Origin: Takakia lepidozioides
Lineage: Eukaryota > Plantae > Bryophyta
DNA length: 64,000 bases
NCBI GenBank assembly: GCA_030704615.1
Contig: CM060733.1
Coordinates: forward strand, 24,800,001-24,864,000
Direction of reading: 5' to 3'
Of the stretch, positions 12,501-26,847 are shown piece after piece. A model generated the notes under the pieces. The model made no database searches, was not told the DNA's origin, and was given only the letters and a program-made list of their open reading frames with translations. A program made the translations under genes and the position numbers. Position 1 is the stretch's first letter; the number at the start of each line of letters is the position of its first letter.

Positions 12501-15433
12501 AGGGAAATGACTGTGTTTGCTAGCAGACAAATCGACTTTTCGCCTCATACAAGTGAAACATATGTGTTTCATAGGTATGCAGGAGTATTGTGGCCAGGAG
12601 GATACTTCTGGACTAAGAACACTTAAAGTGAGGGGATTGTGGCGAGTTTTTGATTGTAGGTGCGAGATCACAGGCCTGACTGGGAGTTGAATGTGACTGA
12701 GCCCATTGCCGGCAACTACTATCCTGTATGCAGTACTCTTCCTCTCTTGTCTTTGCCCTCTTAACTTTTGGAAGTTTGTACAAATTTATCTGTGGGTGAA
12801 GAGGAACAAATTGAAGGCAGTGATTGCTTTGGTCTGTAGAATTGTTGATATTTTTGCTTACGGATCATCACTGTTTGGTTATCTGTTATCGCAGCTTAAC
12901 TTGGGAATGTACTTGAGAGATTCAAGGACAGAATTCTCTGTGCTGGTGGACCGGGCTCTAGGTGGATCCAGCATTGTTGATGGGCAATTGGAGCTTATGC
13001 TGCACAGGTACAGTTTTATTAGAAAAAAGCTGTTGTCAAGGTTGTAAGAAATTCTAGGCTGATCCATAAGCGAGTATTTTTATAAAGGTTGTTGTATAAA
13101 GATTACGCTGAAGTCTTGTACGTCTTTTGCAATTTGAACTATGTGTGCAAGCTCTTCATGACTGAATATTTGATGTTAACTTTTCAGGCGACTGCTATAT
13201 GATGATGGTAAGGGGGTGAGCGAGGCCTTGAACGAGACAGTTTGTGACAGGAACAGATGTGAAGGTTTGACGGTACGGAAACAGAACAAAGGCAGCCAAA
13301 TCTCGCTAGGATGCGTTGCAACTTCCCTGATATCATGGATGACTTCCTATTTGGCCACCTCCAGCATTCATGACTGCTTTGCTCTTCTCTCTCAAGTGTT
13401 TTCCTTTTCTTTTGATCAATTCCATCTCTGTTCTTATTCCTTTAGGTTAAATGGTCCGAAGCTTCTATCTGATGAGTGGAGGTGTGGGGATGAAAATTGT
13501 TTATGAAATGTGCTCTGCAGGTACAAGGTTTGTTCTTTATCAATGTCAACCCTTCAGAAAAAGCTGCAGAATGGCGTCGCTTTCATGGGCAACAAGTCTT
13601 AATGCCCCTGCAGCTTGCCTTCTCTGTGATTGGGGTATTATATCATTGCCCATGATGAACTAGCATCCTATATGGCTCCAATATTAGGGCTCTTAGGTTG
13701 TTTGACGAAGTTTATACTAGTGGAAGGTGCTCTAACATGCATAGCTGTTCTTCATGTATAGTGTGACCGGACACAGCTTGTAAGCTGGACATACATCGTC
13801 TCATTAGTGTTATCTGGCATTTCTGGAACCTTGTGAGCTTCAAGAGAATATTCCTGTTTGATCGTAATCTTGACTGGGTTCGAGGTTTGATGAAAATTCA
13901 GATGAATTTTCTTAAGGAGAGCCAGCAACTCCCGTTGAGGGAGACTGGTGGCTTTTTGAAGGCTGTGGTTGAAGGGTCTTTGTGAATAGTCTAGCTCCAC
14001 GGGAACGAGGGGTAACTTTATGCACCTCATGAATGCTGGTGGTCATTTCAGGAGACCCCTCCCACCGCCCTTCAACTGCTGTTTGTGACTGTCACACAGT
14101 TCCTGCAGTAAGACAGGCACCTGTGTGTTATCACATTGGGTCTTGAAGTTAACAGTTCTTTACAGATTCTAATATGTTGAATTCCACAACCAATTTTCTC
14201 TTGGAGGCAAGAGTGGCATAAGGGAGCCAAGTCTCTCTACGAGGGTGTAGCTCTACTAGTCTGTAGGTTGTATTTTAAGAAGGTTGTCAACACTTGCAGG
14301 AAGACAATGAAAGTGTTATCAAATCTCCACGATTTTCAGCCATGGAGTCAGGCTATAAGCTGCCACCTAATGTTGCTGTGGTCACCCTCCAGGTATCTGC
14401 CCTCTTCCATATACTCAACGTTGTGTCGGGTGCATGGGCATGTATATTGTGTTATATGATCCTCAGGTGTTGCAGTTTCAAAGATTATAAAGTCGTTGTA
14501 TTGAGTAATGGCCAAACCAGCAAAGCTTGTGCTGAGACAACTTTTTGAGTGTATGGATTGGGACTCTGCATGTTGTTGGGTGCAGGAATTAGAAGACGGC
14601 AAAGTTTTACTTCGGCTTGCACACATTTATGAGGTACATAGTTCAATAGTTTGTCCTTCGACGTACCAGTAGGGTTGTTGAATGTCTGTCAACTTGTCCA
14701 GAGTAACGGGTGCAAATATCTTGAAGGCCACTTCCTCTGTTTATTGTTTTGTGTGTCAAGATAGGCCCTTTTTACCTTTTACATGGAGAATCTGAAGCTA
14801 GGGTGTTGAGTATGTAGTATGATGTAACTTACCTCCGTGTGGATGACCTGCTGTTTGGTAAAAACACACACAGGTGAACGAAAGTGATGAGCTGTCAAAG
14901 ATGGCAACAGTTGATTTGCGGGGTCTTTTCGTTACACAAGAGGTGACATATTCTGCGGATTTAACTTACTGTCTTAACTCTGTGGTTCTTTAAACATTTA
15001 AATGGAACTAACAAGACAATATAGGAATTTCTTGGACTCCTTAACCGGGACCAGACATTTCACCAATGTTTGGTGTCTCTCAGGAGTCCAGGGCTTACCA
15101 ACCCAAACCAGGGTGAATACTTCCTTGAGATCAAGCTGTTGTAGTGGTGTCCATTTGCCAGCAGTGATAGCCACATCTTTTGCACAATCTGTTTCTGATG
15201 TCAATTGCTATAAACAACCCTCACAAAATGTTGGTATGCAGATTAAGGAAATTGTGGAGGTCTCTCTCTCTGCAAATCAAAAGAAGTCAGACATGAAAAA
15301 GTTGCAGTGGAAGGTTGAAGGGGAGCCTGATAGTAGCAACGAAACTCTTCGTGGTCGTCCAGTGAGTGACAAAGAACTTTTGGTCGAACTTGCGCCCATG
15401 GAGATCCGAACTTTTTTGCTCGAGGTCTCTTAA
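3512..15433 (+). CDS. Alpha-mannosidase, glycoside hydrolase family 38 (vacuolar/lysosomal type), ~29 exons
   Basis: Signal peptide, then [41 protein letters not shown] (catalytic nucleophile Asp), [37 protein letters not shown] and C-terminal [13 protein letters not shown] introns join the frames, e.g. exons 3512-3739, 4618-4701, 5209-5297, 5469-5643, 6125-6244 ... 15242-15433. Confidence 0.95.
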
Positions 15434-18400
15434 CTGCTGAAGAATCATGTTAGAGTGGAAGCTCTCGTAAAAGAGAACTGAAGCAATGCTGCAATGTAAG
15501 GACGTAAGGACAGGGTGTGAGGGTATTGTAGTGTTGGATATGTGGGCGATCAGTTTGTCCCTTAAATGTTGTGGCAGTGGCCGCACGGTACATAATAACC
15601 TTAAAGAGTGATTTCCTGTAAAGAGCCATAGACAAAGTACTGTCAATGACACACAGAAATTTCAACTCTCTTATTAGTGCATTCCAAACTTAGTTTCTTC
15701 TTTTCGTGAAGCTATTGAGCTATTGAATGGTTCGAGGAATTCACCTTTTGATCCTCTGGACAAAAATGCTTGGTGATATGAAGTGATGTCCCGGCCAGAT
15801 ACAATAGCTCTGGTTTACAACAAAAGCTGAATCAGAAAATGCCACAGGTGTTTTGCTGCAAGAATCAATCAGTGATTCATTTCTCGAAGGCACCAGTGGA
15901 CACCACAGTGAAGATTAGAAACCAGAAATATACACTTGGATGGAATGCATGTGAAGTTGAAGAATCATTTCTGTAATTTGACTGATATGCTTGTAGTACT
16001 CCCATGGATCAGAGCAAGGCCTCCTCTCTCAAGACAGCTTTCGCGTTTCTTATAGTTTTGCATTGGCATATTCGGGATATGTGGATGATTTCAGAATATC
16101 CTCATGTGCATTGAAGATACTCCTACGAAGATACTCCTACTAAGATACCCATACTCTTGCCTAAATTTGTAGATCCGCAGATTAGGAGAGAAGAGTGTCG
16201 AATGAGTCCAGTGCGTTTTCCCATTTGAATCGTCTTCAGATCCATTCCCATGTTTCATTCAAGGAATCTGGAGGAAGGGTTACCGAGTCTTGCTTGGGTC
16301 TGTGAAAATTCCCTCGCCTCACAGGATAGGCATGCTTGCGGTAGCAATGGCAGGCAGGAAGAAAGAAAGAGAAAATGGGAAGGTGGGCGATCAGCTGCGG
16401 CGGTAATACAGCGACTGTAGGAGGACTGCAGTGATGGATGATGACCGTGCCCCGCACCCAAGGCTGCAGGCAGGAGGGGTACAGGCGCGCACGCGACATT
16501 CGCTACCAGGGCGCTTGGCCAGAGCTGCACGGGCAGCCCTACAATCACATCTATCGCCTTTGAAAGCAACGCGCATTCCCTTGGGTACTGAAAGAGCTAC
16601 AGGATTGTTCAGATCCGGTGCTTTGGAATCTCATATTAGCAGAGCTTTGGGTAACACGTTGGGACCAGATGGAGGCAATTCAAAGGGCACCTGGAATTTC
16701 TTCTCAGCCGGGAAAAAGCTCCCTGATGCGCATCCAAGAATTTCGAGAGAAGATTGGGGAAGGGAAATGCAGCTTTCTGGAAAGCACTCTGTAAGCTTCA
16801 TTCTAACTACGGTGCAAGACAGTAAGCTCCTGTGTGGTCCATAGATGTGCAATTTTCACCGGATTATGTGATTGCGTCTAGATTGCAAAAGATGGTTCAA
16901 GTCAAGGCTGGTATTTCAGCAGAAATTCCCTGTGCTTTTGTGATGTTACTAGGAGTGCTTGTCCTTATGGAGGCCTAAACTAGCTTGTCTTATGGGGGCA
17001 CCATACATTTGCCTTATGACGTTGTAATGCAGGCGCTACCGACTGATGAATGCTTTGGAACTCAAATCTACTCTCAGATTTTTGCCAATGCATGTGATTA
17101 CACGCCCTTTGTTTGGGCCAAAAATGAAGTGCAGGAATAGAGTAGGACAGAGTAAGGAATTATATAGATGGGGTCTTTGGGGGAAGGGGCGATCAGGGTT
17201 TAGGGTTTAGAGAAAGAAGGGTTGAGGAGTTTGCAGAGAGGTGATGGTGACGGTTTAGGGACAGACATGGTTGGGAACTAGCTTCAACACCATACTGTTG
17301 AAGACGACTTGCCCATTGAATAGAAGCATTCCTCAAGTGTTGCCACATTTAAAGCGGGTGCAGAGTCAGTTTGGGAGTACTCCTGAACTCCATGGTCTAA
17401 TTAATTGAGCAGATTGTAATATGCAGCTGGGAGCAAAGACTACCGTTGAGACAATATTACAAGGGACAAAGGTTTCGTTGTTGGAATTTCAGCTGAGGCT
17501 GGTGCACAGTCTGGTTCACCTTCAACATTCTGACCAGGCTGTTCCAAAGGAGGACGGCTGCATTGCCTTGACTGGCAGAACAGATCTTCATGCTCATCAT
17601 CGTTTGACGTTAGAGAGCACCATGGGGTGTGTAAATTGACTTGACTCTGGTTCTGTATGTGCAACATGCTCAATTTGTAGCATCCAGCCAACTTTGTGCT
17701 TGTTCTGTAGTCTTCTTGAACTTTACTCCAACAATCTTGAACCCAGCAGAACACAATTTACAGTACTCTATATTGTGAAAGGAAGTTCTTAGACTGAGTT
17801 TAGGAAGCTGATGTGACCTTGGTAACTGCATTATTTCTCACTGAATCTGCATATCTCATTGAGTTTAAGCAGGAAATTCTCAGTATCCTATCCTGTTGCA
17901 TGGATGTAAGGCTCTTTGCCATCTGTCTGGTCACACCTCTACAAGGTGATGCAGTCATGGCCAGGCTTTGAAGGCTCTAAGCCTGTGTGGATGGTGTTCA
18001 GGTCTGAGGAAGACAAGCATTCTATATCCACAGTTTTCTCATCAGACTTCTTGTCAAGATTTTCGTGGGGTCTTGCATCCTCTCACAAGTAAGGTCTTGC
18101 CACTCTAATTCATTGTTTGCAACTAAACCTGTGGAGGAGATTTAATATATATGTCTAATTTTGGCTTGCATATAGAACCAGGTTTACGAGGCAAGCTACT
18201 TGATGTTGGTGTAATGAGGGTTTTTGCTTTCAGATGTCAGTAGTTTGAGTGTCACCAAAACAAAAGGCTCGAGTTATTGAGGAAGAGAGCGGGAGATACA
18301 CTTTGGGAATGAGTTTCCCTGCTATGTGAGTTCTTTGAACCACACACGGTGCAAGGTATATCATGTCCAATGGTCGCTGCAAGCTCACACTTTTGCATCA

Positions 18401-19172
18401 CTGCTTTACAGCCACCAGGATGTCCCTTTCCAAGATAACATTTTTGTTGGGTTCGTTCTAAAGGTAATTAGGGAGTTTAAGATTTCGACTACTATATCTC
18501 CTTGATGCAGAAATCTTATCCCGTATGAGGTCTCTTTCTGCGGCATGGCACTTGTAGGGTGGACCATAAGTTGACACTGTATTCAAGGTATACAAGTGAC
18601 AAAAATGCTGGTCAGCGACTCATTCTGCAGGTATCTTTTGTTATTATGTGAGTGGGGCAAATCCATCTCTCTCGCATTATGTGTACTTTAGAAGCACCCA
18701 TTTTGCTATATTTGTAGTGGTTAGCTTTGGCAGTGATATATCAGTCAGGACAAAGACCCATGTTGTGCTGGATGCATTTATCAGTTGGGAGGAAGCTGCT
18801 ATTCAACCTTCCTGTCTCTTAATTCACATATATCAACCTTTTATGATGCTGTGTAAAAGAGCCTTTCAATCTTCAGTTGTGTGCAAAGCTTTTCCAGTAA
18901 GCTTTTCCAATCATCAGGCCTCTTATTGTAGTTTTATTTTAGAAATAAGGGGATGTTTCTTGTGCCAAGGCAGTGGATTGAGGGACATTTCTCTATGATC
19001 AGGCAGTTCATAGACTGGATGAGAGAAATTCGGTCTCCCCAATTTGTGCAGCAACAACGGGCAGCCGCCCTCAAGCTGGTGTTAGCTGGACTCATTTTTT
19101 TGCTCTTAATGGTACACCCCTTTTTCCCTTGTCAAAAAGCTGCATCCCTCTCTCTCTCTCTCTCTCTCTCTC

Positions 19173-22100
19173 GTCGGATAAACTGGTTGGAGATGTCAAT
19201 GGTTATAAATGGGCAGGTAAGATGTGTACTCTCAAGGCAGCCTCTGCCAAACGCGGTCAAAAAGGGGTTGGATTCTTTGTCTGTGATTTCTTGTTTGACA
19301 ATTGTGAAATTATCAACAAGGGTTTGAGGTACGAGCATAGTATCTGGCTAAAACTGAATCTGAAGGGCGGCATGAGTACGAAGGACCTCTTTGTGGGTTG
19401 TGTTTACATACCCACAGAGGGGACCCTTAGTGCTGACGCAGACAAAGCCTTCGAAGATGTAAAGCTGGACTGTGCTTCGTTCCTTGCCAAAGGTCAGGTG
19501 GTGCTATTGGGTGACTTCAATGCCCGGGTGGGCAAAGGGCTCCATCAGGACGATATCATTGGGCCTTTTGGTGAGGACGAGCTGAATTCTAATGGCAGAC
19601 AGTTAATTAACTGTCTAGAAGAGCTTCAGCTTTTGACCTTGAATAACAGGACAAGAGGTGACCAAGTGCAGTGGACTCGTGAGAAATCATAAACTGGGGA
19701 ACGTTCCATTGTGGACTATATCATAATGGACAAAAATTTGTTCCCCCAGTGTGCCAATGTGTTGATCGACAGAACTGATGTTGGTACCTCTGACCACTTC
19801 CTGGTTTGGACTGAGATCAAAAGGTGTTTTCCCAACACCAAGAGATCTGTGAAACGTTCGATTCGGAAGTGGCGCATAGAAAAATTCCATAATGAGGAGG
19901 TCAAGGCTGAGTACGTCCAGGCCTTGCAAGAGGCTCTCCCTCATTTTGTCCAATCGCTCCAAGAACTTCAGTCTCGCTCTGATAACGCAAGAAATGAAGT
20001 CGAAAGAGCAGTGGATTCTTGGGAGAGTTTCGTTTCCTCCGTGGCTGACAAGATCATTGGGAGGAAACTAATTGTCTGTGGTGGACCAATGAGATTAAAC
20101 TCAAGATAGCTGAGAGACGAGCCCTCTATAAAGAGTGCTGCAATTTGAAAACCAACAGAGAATTGTGGGCGAGGTACTACCAGCTCCGTTGGTGGTAATG
20201 ACAAGAAATTCTGGTTGGCCCTTCAACGTTTGTACAAACCGAAAAACGGTCAGCAAGTACAAGTGCTGAAGACTACTAAAGGTGCAGTGGTGACTTCATC
20301 GGTTGACATTGTCAAAACCTTTGAAACTCACTACAGTATCCTTGGCAGAACTTCTAGGTCTAACAGTGAGGGGTCTTCTGCTGAATGGAGGGACACAGTT
20401 GGAAAAACTGTTCCTATGATTCAAAACAGCCCTGATGAACTGGAGTATATTTCAATGGCTTATAACGCTCCCATTAGTTCTTCTGAGATTGTGAAAGCAA
20501 TTGAACATTTAAATGGATATAAAGCTGGTGGACCTGATGGTATTGTCAACGAGCTTATCAAGCACGGTGGCGATCCCATGATAGAGGCCCTAGTTCTCCT
20601 CTTTAACCTTATCTGGAAGACTGAAATGATCCCCTTTCGCTGGCGACAGGGGCTCATTGTCAATCTATACAAGAAGGGTGACAGAGAAGAACCGGGGAAC
20701 TACCGTGGCATCACGCTCCTCAATGCTGTTGGCAAGACATTCTGCAGAGTTATAAGTACTCGTCTTGAGGTTGATCTGGAGTCTAGAGGTTGTTTCCACG
20801 AAGGCCAAGCTGGCTTTCGGCAAAACAGGCTGTGTGGATCATATCTTCACTCTAAGCCAGACTATCCAGGGAAGGAAAAAAGAAGGGAAACCCACTTATG
20901 TTTTTTTCCTGGATGTCAAAAAGGCTTATGACACAGTGTGGAGAGATGGCCTATGGTTCCGCCTCTGGTCTTGTGGGATCAAGGGAAAGATGTGGAGAGT
21001 TGTCCACAACTTGTATGCTCACACCAAAAGCTGTGTCACTTTTAACGGACAGAAGTCCAACTTCTTTGACATAGACCAAGGTGTAGCTCAAGGATGTACT
21101 CTCTCCCCTCTGCTCTTCAATGTTTTCATCAATCAACTGCTGGAGGATGTGGAAAGTGAGGGATTTGGGTTAAGGGTGGGTGATACCACCATACCAGCCC
21201 TTATGTTTGCGGATGACTTCGCAGGCATAGGGGAGACTCCAACCAATCTCCAGGAGTTGATTGATTGCGCGGAGAGATACTTTGATCTTTGGGGGCTAGA
21301 GGCTTATGTCAGCAAATGTGCAGTGGTAGCATTCAACGACAGAGGAGAGGGAGGAAGTGATCTTAAGTGGCAGTGGGGTAGCCAAGAGATCCCGGTCCTC
21401 CCTTCCTACACTTACCTGGGCGTTGAGTTTTCCTCCAATTGTAACTGGGATGCACACATCCGGAAAGTTGTTCAAACTGGCAAGGGCGAAGCTCTGGGGC
21501 TCACTAAATTTTTCCACTGCAGAGGGGTCAACTCTGAGGTTAAGAAAACCATGCTTTGTCGCGTTATTAGACCTGCCTTGGAGTACGGATCTGCTATATG
21601 GGTTGATAACTCCAACCAGGCTAAGTCTCTAGAATCCATTCAAGTGGGGGTGCTTAAGGAGTGTATGTCAGCATGCTCCAAAACAGCCAATGTGGCTGTT
21701 CGGGGTGAGTTTGGCATTCCGTCCTTAAGCTCCCGACGAGATGGTCAGATGGTGGGGTCAGCTGCAACATATGCCCAACACCAGATATCCTAGGTTAATT
21801 GACTCTATATCTTGGAAACAGGACCGCCCTGTCAAACAGGCTAAGTCCTGGCAGAAGAGAGTAGAAGAGATTCTCAAGGACCTGGACCTGGATCCGCAAG
21901 TCTTGACCCTGCTGGATAAATCTGACTTAGAGGCTGTAGTGTCCAAAGCCATGTCTGTTGCCATGAGATTGTCTGATGAAAATGAAGTTAGGCAGAAAAC
22001 TTCCCTGAACTTGTTTCCAGTCAGTGACATGGGGGAGGACATCTTGGATGACCTCAAGGGTCTACCCACTCTCGGCACTAGACTGAAATTTAAACTCAGG

Positions 22101-22467
22101 GCAGGAAGCCTACCTTTGAACAGCAAACAGAAGCAGAGAGGAAAGGGAGAGTGCAATTGCCCGTTGTGTGGGCAATCTGAAGACAGTATTCATGTTTACC
22201 AACTTTGAAAGTCTCGAGGCTGAGCCAAAAGCCCAGGCCCTCCTGAGGCCTAGTTTTTGGGCAAATCACACACAGCAGATTGATGCTTGTGTGAAGGGAT
22301 TTCTAGAGGATATCTGGAAAACCCGGATTAATTCTATATATGAAGGTAAGTCTTACTACCAACGTCAGCCCCTGACAGAGGTAGGTTCTGTCCCTTTTGT
22401 TCCCGCTCAAACTGGGCGCGGGGTCAATGGCCACAAGGCTACGGCAAACAACGTCTTATGAGTACAA
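19173..22467 (+). mobile_element. LINE copy 1 (non-L1, possibly RTEX/L2-like), 5'-truncated and degenerate, inserted in (CT)n
   Basis: APE endonuclease (LLGDFNARVG, DYII, SDH), RT (GPDGI, NYRGITLL, FLDVKKAYD, QGCTLSPLLF, LMFADD, YLGV) and a partial C-terminal CPLC. Contains stops, frameshifts and internal deletions. Preceded by (CT)n 19148-19172; ends CTTATGAGTACAA followed by (TC)n. Confidence 0.93.
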
Positions 22468-22487
22468 TCTCTCTCTCTCCCTCTCGC

Positions 22488-25400
22488 TGTGTTTACATGC
22501 CCACAGAGGGGACCCTTAGTGCTGACGCAGATAAAGCCTTCGAAGACGTAAAGCTGGACTGTGCTAAGTTCCTTGCCAAGGGTCAGGTGGTCTTATTGGG
22601 TGACTTCAATGACCGGGTGGGTAAAGGTCTTCACCAGGATGATATCATCGGACCTTTTGGTGAGGACGAGCTGAACTCTAATGGAAGACAGTTAATTAAC
22701 TGCCTGAAAGAGCTTCAGCTTTCGACCCTGAACAATAGGTCAAAAGGTGACCTGATGCAGTGGACCCGTGAGAAAGCCCAAACTGGGGAACGATCCATTG
22801 TGGATTATATCATAGTGGACAAGAATCTGTTTCCCCAGTGTGCCAATGTTGACAGAACTGATATTGGTACCTCTGACCACTTTCTGGTTTGGACTGAGAT
22901 CAAAAGGTGTTTCCCCAACACCAAGAGATCTGTGAAACGTTCGATCCAGAAGTGGCGCATTGAAAAATTCCGAAATGAAGAGGTCAAGGCTGAGTATGTC
23001 CAGGCCTTGCGAGAGGCTCTGCCCAACTTTGTCCATTCGCTCCAAGACCTTCAATCTCGCGCGGGCAATGCAAGAAATGAAGTCGAAAGAGCGGTGACTC
23101 TTGGGAGAGTTTCGTCTCTTCTGTGGCTGAAAAGATCATTGGGAGGAAACTAATTGTCTGCGGTAGAGCTGTTAATTGGTGGACCAATGAGATCAAAGTC
23201 AAGATTGCCGAGAGACGAGCCCACTATAAAGAATGCTGCAGAATGAAAGCCAATAATGACCTTTGGGTTAGGTACTACCAGATCCGCAAAGATATCAATC
23301 AGCTTGTAAGGTCTCAGAAGAAACTGTATTGGGAAGTTATACGGGGAAATAAACTCAAACCACCACGGTGGTAATGACAAGAAATTCTGGTTGGCCCTTC
23401 AACGTCTGTACAAGCCGAAAAATTGTCAGCAAGTACAAGCGCTGAGGACCCCTAAGGGTGCAGTGGTGACTTCAACGGCTGACATTGTCAACACCTTTGA
23501 AACCCACTACAGTACACTTGGCAGAAATTCTAGTTCTAGCAGCGAGGGGTTTTCTGAAGAATGGAATGACACAGTAGAAAGAACTGTGTCTATGATTCAA
23601 GACAGCCCTGATGGAGTATATTTCAAAGGGCTATAACGCTCCCATTAGTTCCTCTGAGATTGCGGAAGCAATTGAGCATCTAAACGGATACAAAGCTGGT
23701 GGCCCTGATGGCATTGTCAATGAGCTTATCAAGCATGGTGGTGACCCTATGATAGAGGCCCTTGTTCTTCTCTTTAACCTTATATGGAGGACTGAAATTA
23801 CCCCCTTTCACTGGCGGCAGGGGGTCATTGTCAATTTATGTAAGAAAGGTGACAGAGAAGAGCCGGGTAACTATCGGGGCATCATGCTTCTTAATGCAGT
23901 TGGCAAGATATTCTGCAGAATTATAAGTACTCGCCTCGAGGTTGATCTGGAGTCCAGAGGTTGTTTCCATGAAGGCCAAGCTGGCTTTCGGCGAAACAGG
24001 GGCTGCGTGGATCATAGCTTCACACTCAGCCAGATTATCCAGGGAAGGAAAAAAGAAGGGAAACCTACTTTTGTCTTTTTCCTGGATGTCAAAAAGGCCT
24101 ATGACACTGTGTGGAGAGAGGGTCTATGGCTCCGACTCTGATCTTCCGGGATCAAGGGAAAGATGTGGAGAGTGGTCCATAACTTGTATGCTCATACTAA
24201 AAGCTGTGTCACTGTAAATGGACAGAAGTTTAATTTCTTTGACATAGACCAAGGTGTAGCTCAAGGATGTACCCTCTCCCCTCTGCTCTTCAATGTTTTC
24301 ATCAATCAACTGCTGGAGGATGTGGAAAGTGAGGGATTTGGGTTAAGGGTGGGTGATGCCACCATACCAGCCCTTATGTTTGCGGATGACTTCACAGGCA
24401 TAGGGGAGACTCCTTCCAACCTCCAGGGGCTGATAGATTGCGCAAAGAGATACTTTGATCTTTGGGGGCTAGAGGCCAATGTCAGTAAATGCGCAGTACG
24501 ACCGGGGGGAAGGAGGAGGCGATCTCAAGTGGCAGTGGGGAAGCCAAGAGATCCCTGTTCTCCCCTCCTACACCTATCTTGGCATTGAGTTTTCCTCCAA
24601 CTGTAATTGGGAAGCACATATTCAAAGAGTGGTTCAATCTGGCAAACGCAAAGCGCTGGGTCTCACTAAATTTTTCCACTGCAGAGGGATCAACTCTGAA
24701 GTAAAAAAAAGCATGCTTTGCCGCGTTATCAGGCCGGCCTTGGAGTATGCATCTGCTGTATGGGTTGATAACTCCAACCAGGCTAAGTCTCTTGAATCCA
24801 TCCAAGTCGGGGTGCTCAAGGAGTACATGTCAGCATGCTTCAAAACAGCTAATGTGGCTGTTCGGGGTGGGTTTGGCATTCCTCCCTTAAGCTCCTGACG
24901 CGATGAATTCAAAATCAGATGGTGGGGTCAGCTGCAACGTATGGCTAATACCAGATATCCTAAGTTAATCGACTCTATATCTTGGAAGCAGGACCGCCCT
25001 GTCAAACAGGCTAAATCCTGGCGGAAAAGGGTAGAAGAGATTTTCAAGGATCTGAATCTTAGTCCACTAGCCATGACCCTGCTGGATAAATCTGGCTTAG
25101 AAGCTGAAGTTTCTGAAGCCATGTCTATTGTCAGGAAATTGTCTGAAGAAAATGAAGTTAGGCAGAAAACTTCCCTGAACCTGTTTCCAGTCTGTGACAT
25201 GGGTGAGGCCATCATGGATGACCTCAAGGGTCTACCCACCCTCGGCACTAGACTGAAATTCAAACTCAGGGCGGGTAGCCTACCTTTGAACAACAAACAG
25301 TCACAGAGAGGAAAGGGGGATTATAAGTGCCCGTTGTGTGGGCAACCTGAAGACAATATTCACTTCCTGATTCATTGTCCTGGGTACTCTCACCAACGGG

Positions 25401-25717
25401 ACACCCTCTTCAATTCCATCAAGGAAATTGTGCCTGTACCACTGTTTAACAACTTTGAAAATCTTGAGGCTGAGCCAAAAGCCCAGGCCCTTTTGGGGTC
25501 TAGCTATTGGGCAAATCACACACATCAGATTGATGCTTGTGTGAAGGGATTTCTGGAGAATATCTGGAAATCTCGGATCAACTGTTTATTCCAAGGTTAA
25601 TCATACTACCGGCGTCAGCCCCTGACAAAGGTAGTTTCTGTCCCTTTATGTTCCGTTCAAACTGGGCGCGGGGTCAATGGCCACAAGGCTACGGCAAACA
25701 ATGCCTTATGAGTACAA
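22488..25717 (+). mobile_element. LINE copy 2 of the same family, head-to-tail with copy 1
   Basis: Same domains, with an intact C-terminal Cys/His motif CPLCGQPEDNIHFLIHCP. Different 5' truncation point and different lesions from copy 1. Flanked by near-identical tctccctctcgctgtg (~22476-22491) and tctcctctcactgtg (25718-25732), a probable TSD. Confidence 0.93.
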
Positions 25718-26691
25718 TCTCCTCTCACTGTGATTTGCATTGCCCTGCACGCAGCCCAGAGTGATGGGCGGAAGCCTCCTGTGCCCCACACATCCCCAAG
25801 CATATCATTTCTGTGGTAAACGCAGAGCTATAAAACTAAAATCAATAACTTCGCAACCAGGCTGTTGAGTATGCATGCGGACAGGTGCCTCTGTGAGTAC
25901 CTTAATGGCAGTTGCGGGAAAATACGTTAATACCTGCAGCTGAGCTGCAGGATAAGCTAAGGCCTGGTGGGTGTAGAGTAGATTCTCTCTCTCTGTGTCC
26001 CCACTTCTTTGTTGTATCAACGGTAAGTCCCACTACTGTAGTGAGCCCCTCACAAAGGTGGTGTCTGTTCCCTCTTGTTTCCCCTAAACTGGGCATGAGG
26101 TCTATGGCCAGAAGGCAACGGCAAAACCATGAGTACATTCTGTCCCACTTCAGGTTTTGGGCTTCAAATTTTGTAGAATCTTTGCTGCAAGCTTTCAGCC
26201 CTTCTGGCCCAAGAAAACTAATCCCTCTATCTAGAGCCTCTGAATTACATGCTTAAATCATGGAAGGAAATGTTGTGAATAACGACTGTTAATCACTTCC
26301 TTCTCAAATACGTGTCCAATTGGCTCAATGTGTTGATTTGTTGATCTTGAAAATCTGTCAAACATCATTTCTAGCAGGAACTCCTGAGAAGTTTGTCTTC
26401 ATTACCTCATTCTTACAGATGATTTGGTATTGCCAGGTGTTGGTGAGGAGTCGCTTCAGTTAAAAGCCTTGTGTGCTGGTAATGGTGCCTACGTTCTGAG
26501 CCTCAAAGCACAAGTTGGAAAAGTAGAGTTGTAGTGAGCCTTCATAGGTGCAATGGTTGTCAATGGTTATACAGCTTGAACAAACAGATGTGGCCCATTT
26601 GTAAGTCTCAGGATTGCAACTGTACATTTATTACAGTCCCACATTTGACCTCTCTTCGCTTTTTCCTGGTCCAGAAACTAGATAGTTTGCA

Positions 26692-26847
26692 ATGGGTATT
26701 TGTGCCGGGGTGCTTGTCTTCTTCCAGTGGCAAAGGTGTGGGGTGGCGCAGGAGGCAGTGGTCGTAATGCTCCCCACTCTGGGAATTCAGTTGGAGGTCG
26801 TGTACCACAACAACGCTGTGTTGTGTGTATCAAAGGACAGGGTGTAG
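26692..26847 (+). pseudogene. Possible PIG-H (GPI-GlcNAc transferase subunit H)-like fragment
   Basis: My translation MGICAGVLVFFQWQRCGVAQEAVVVMLPTLGIQLEVVYHNNAVLCVSKDRV* resembles the ESVxxxPxxGIQLE motif of plant PIG-H. No downstream continuation found. Confidence 0.3.

Noticed and set aside
3512-15433. The many short ORFs in the track as separate genes
   Set aside because: They are exons of one alpha-mannosidase read into introns, or antisense noise.
16392-16409. cagctgcggcggtaatac resembles the conserved SSU rRNA 515-533 motif
   Set aside because: Two mismatches and no flanking rRNA similarity; chance match.
19173-25717. The two LINE copies as an assembly duplication
   Set aside because: They differ by many substitutions, distinct indels and distinct 5' ends.
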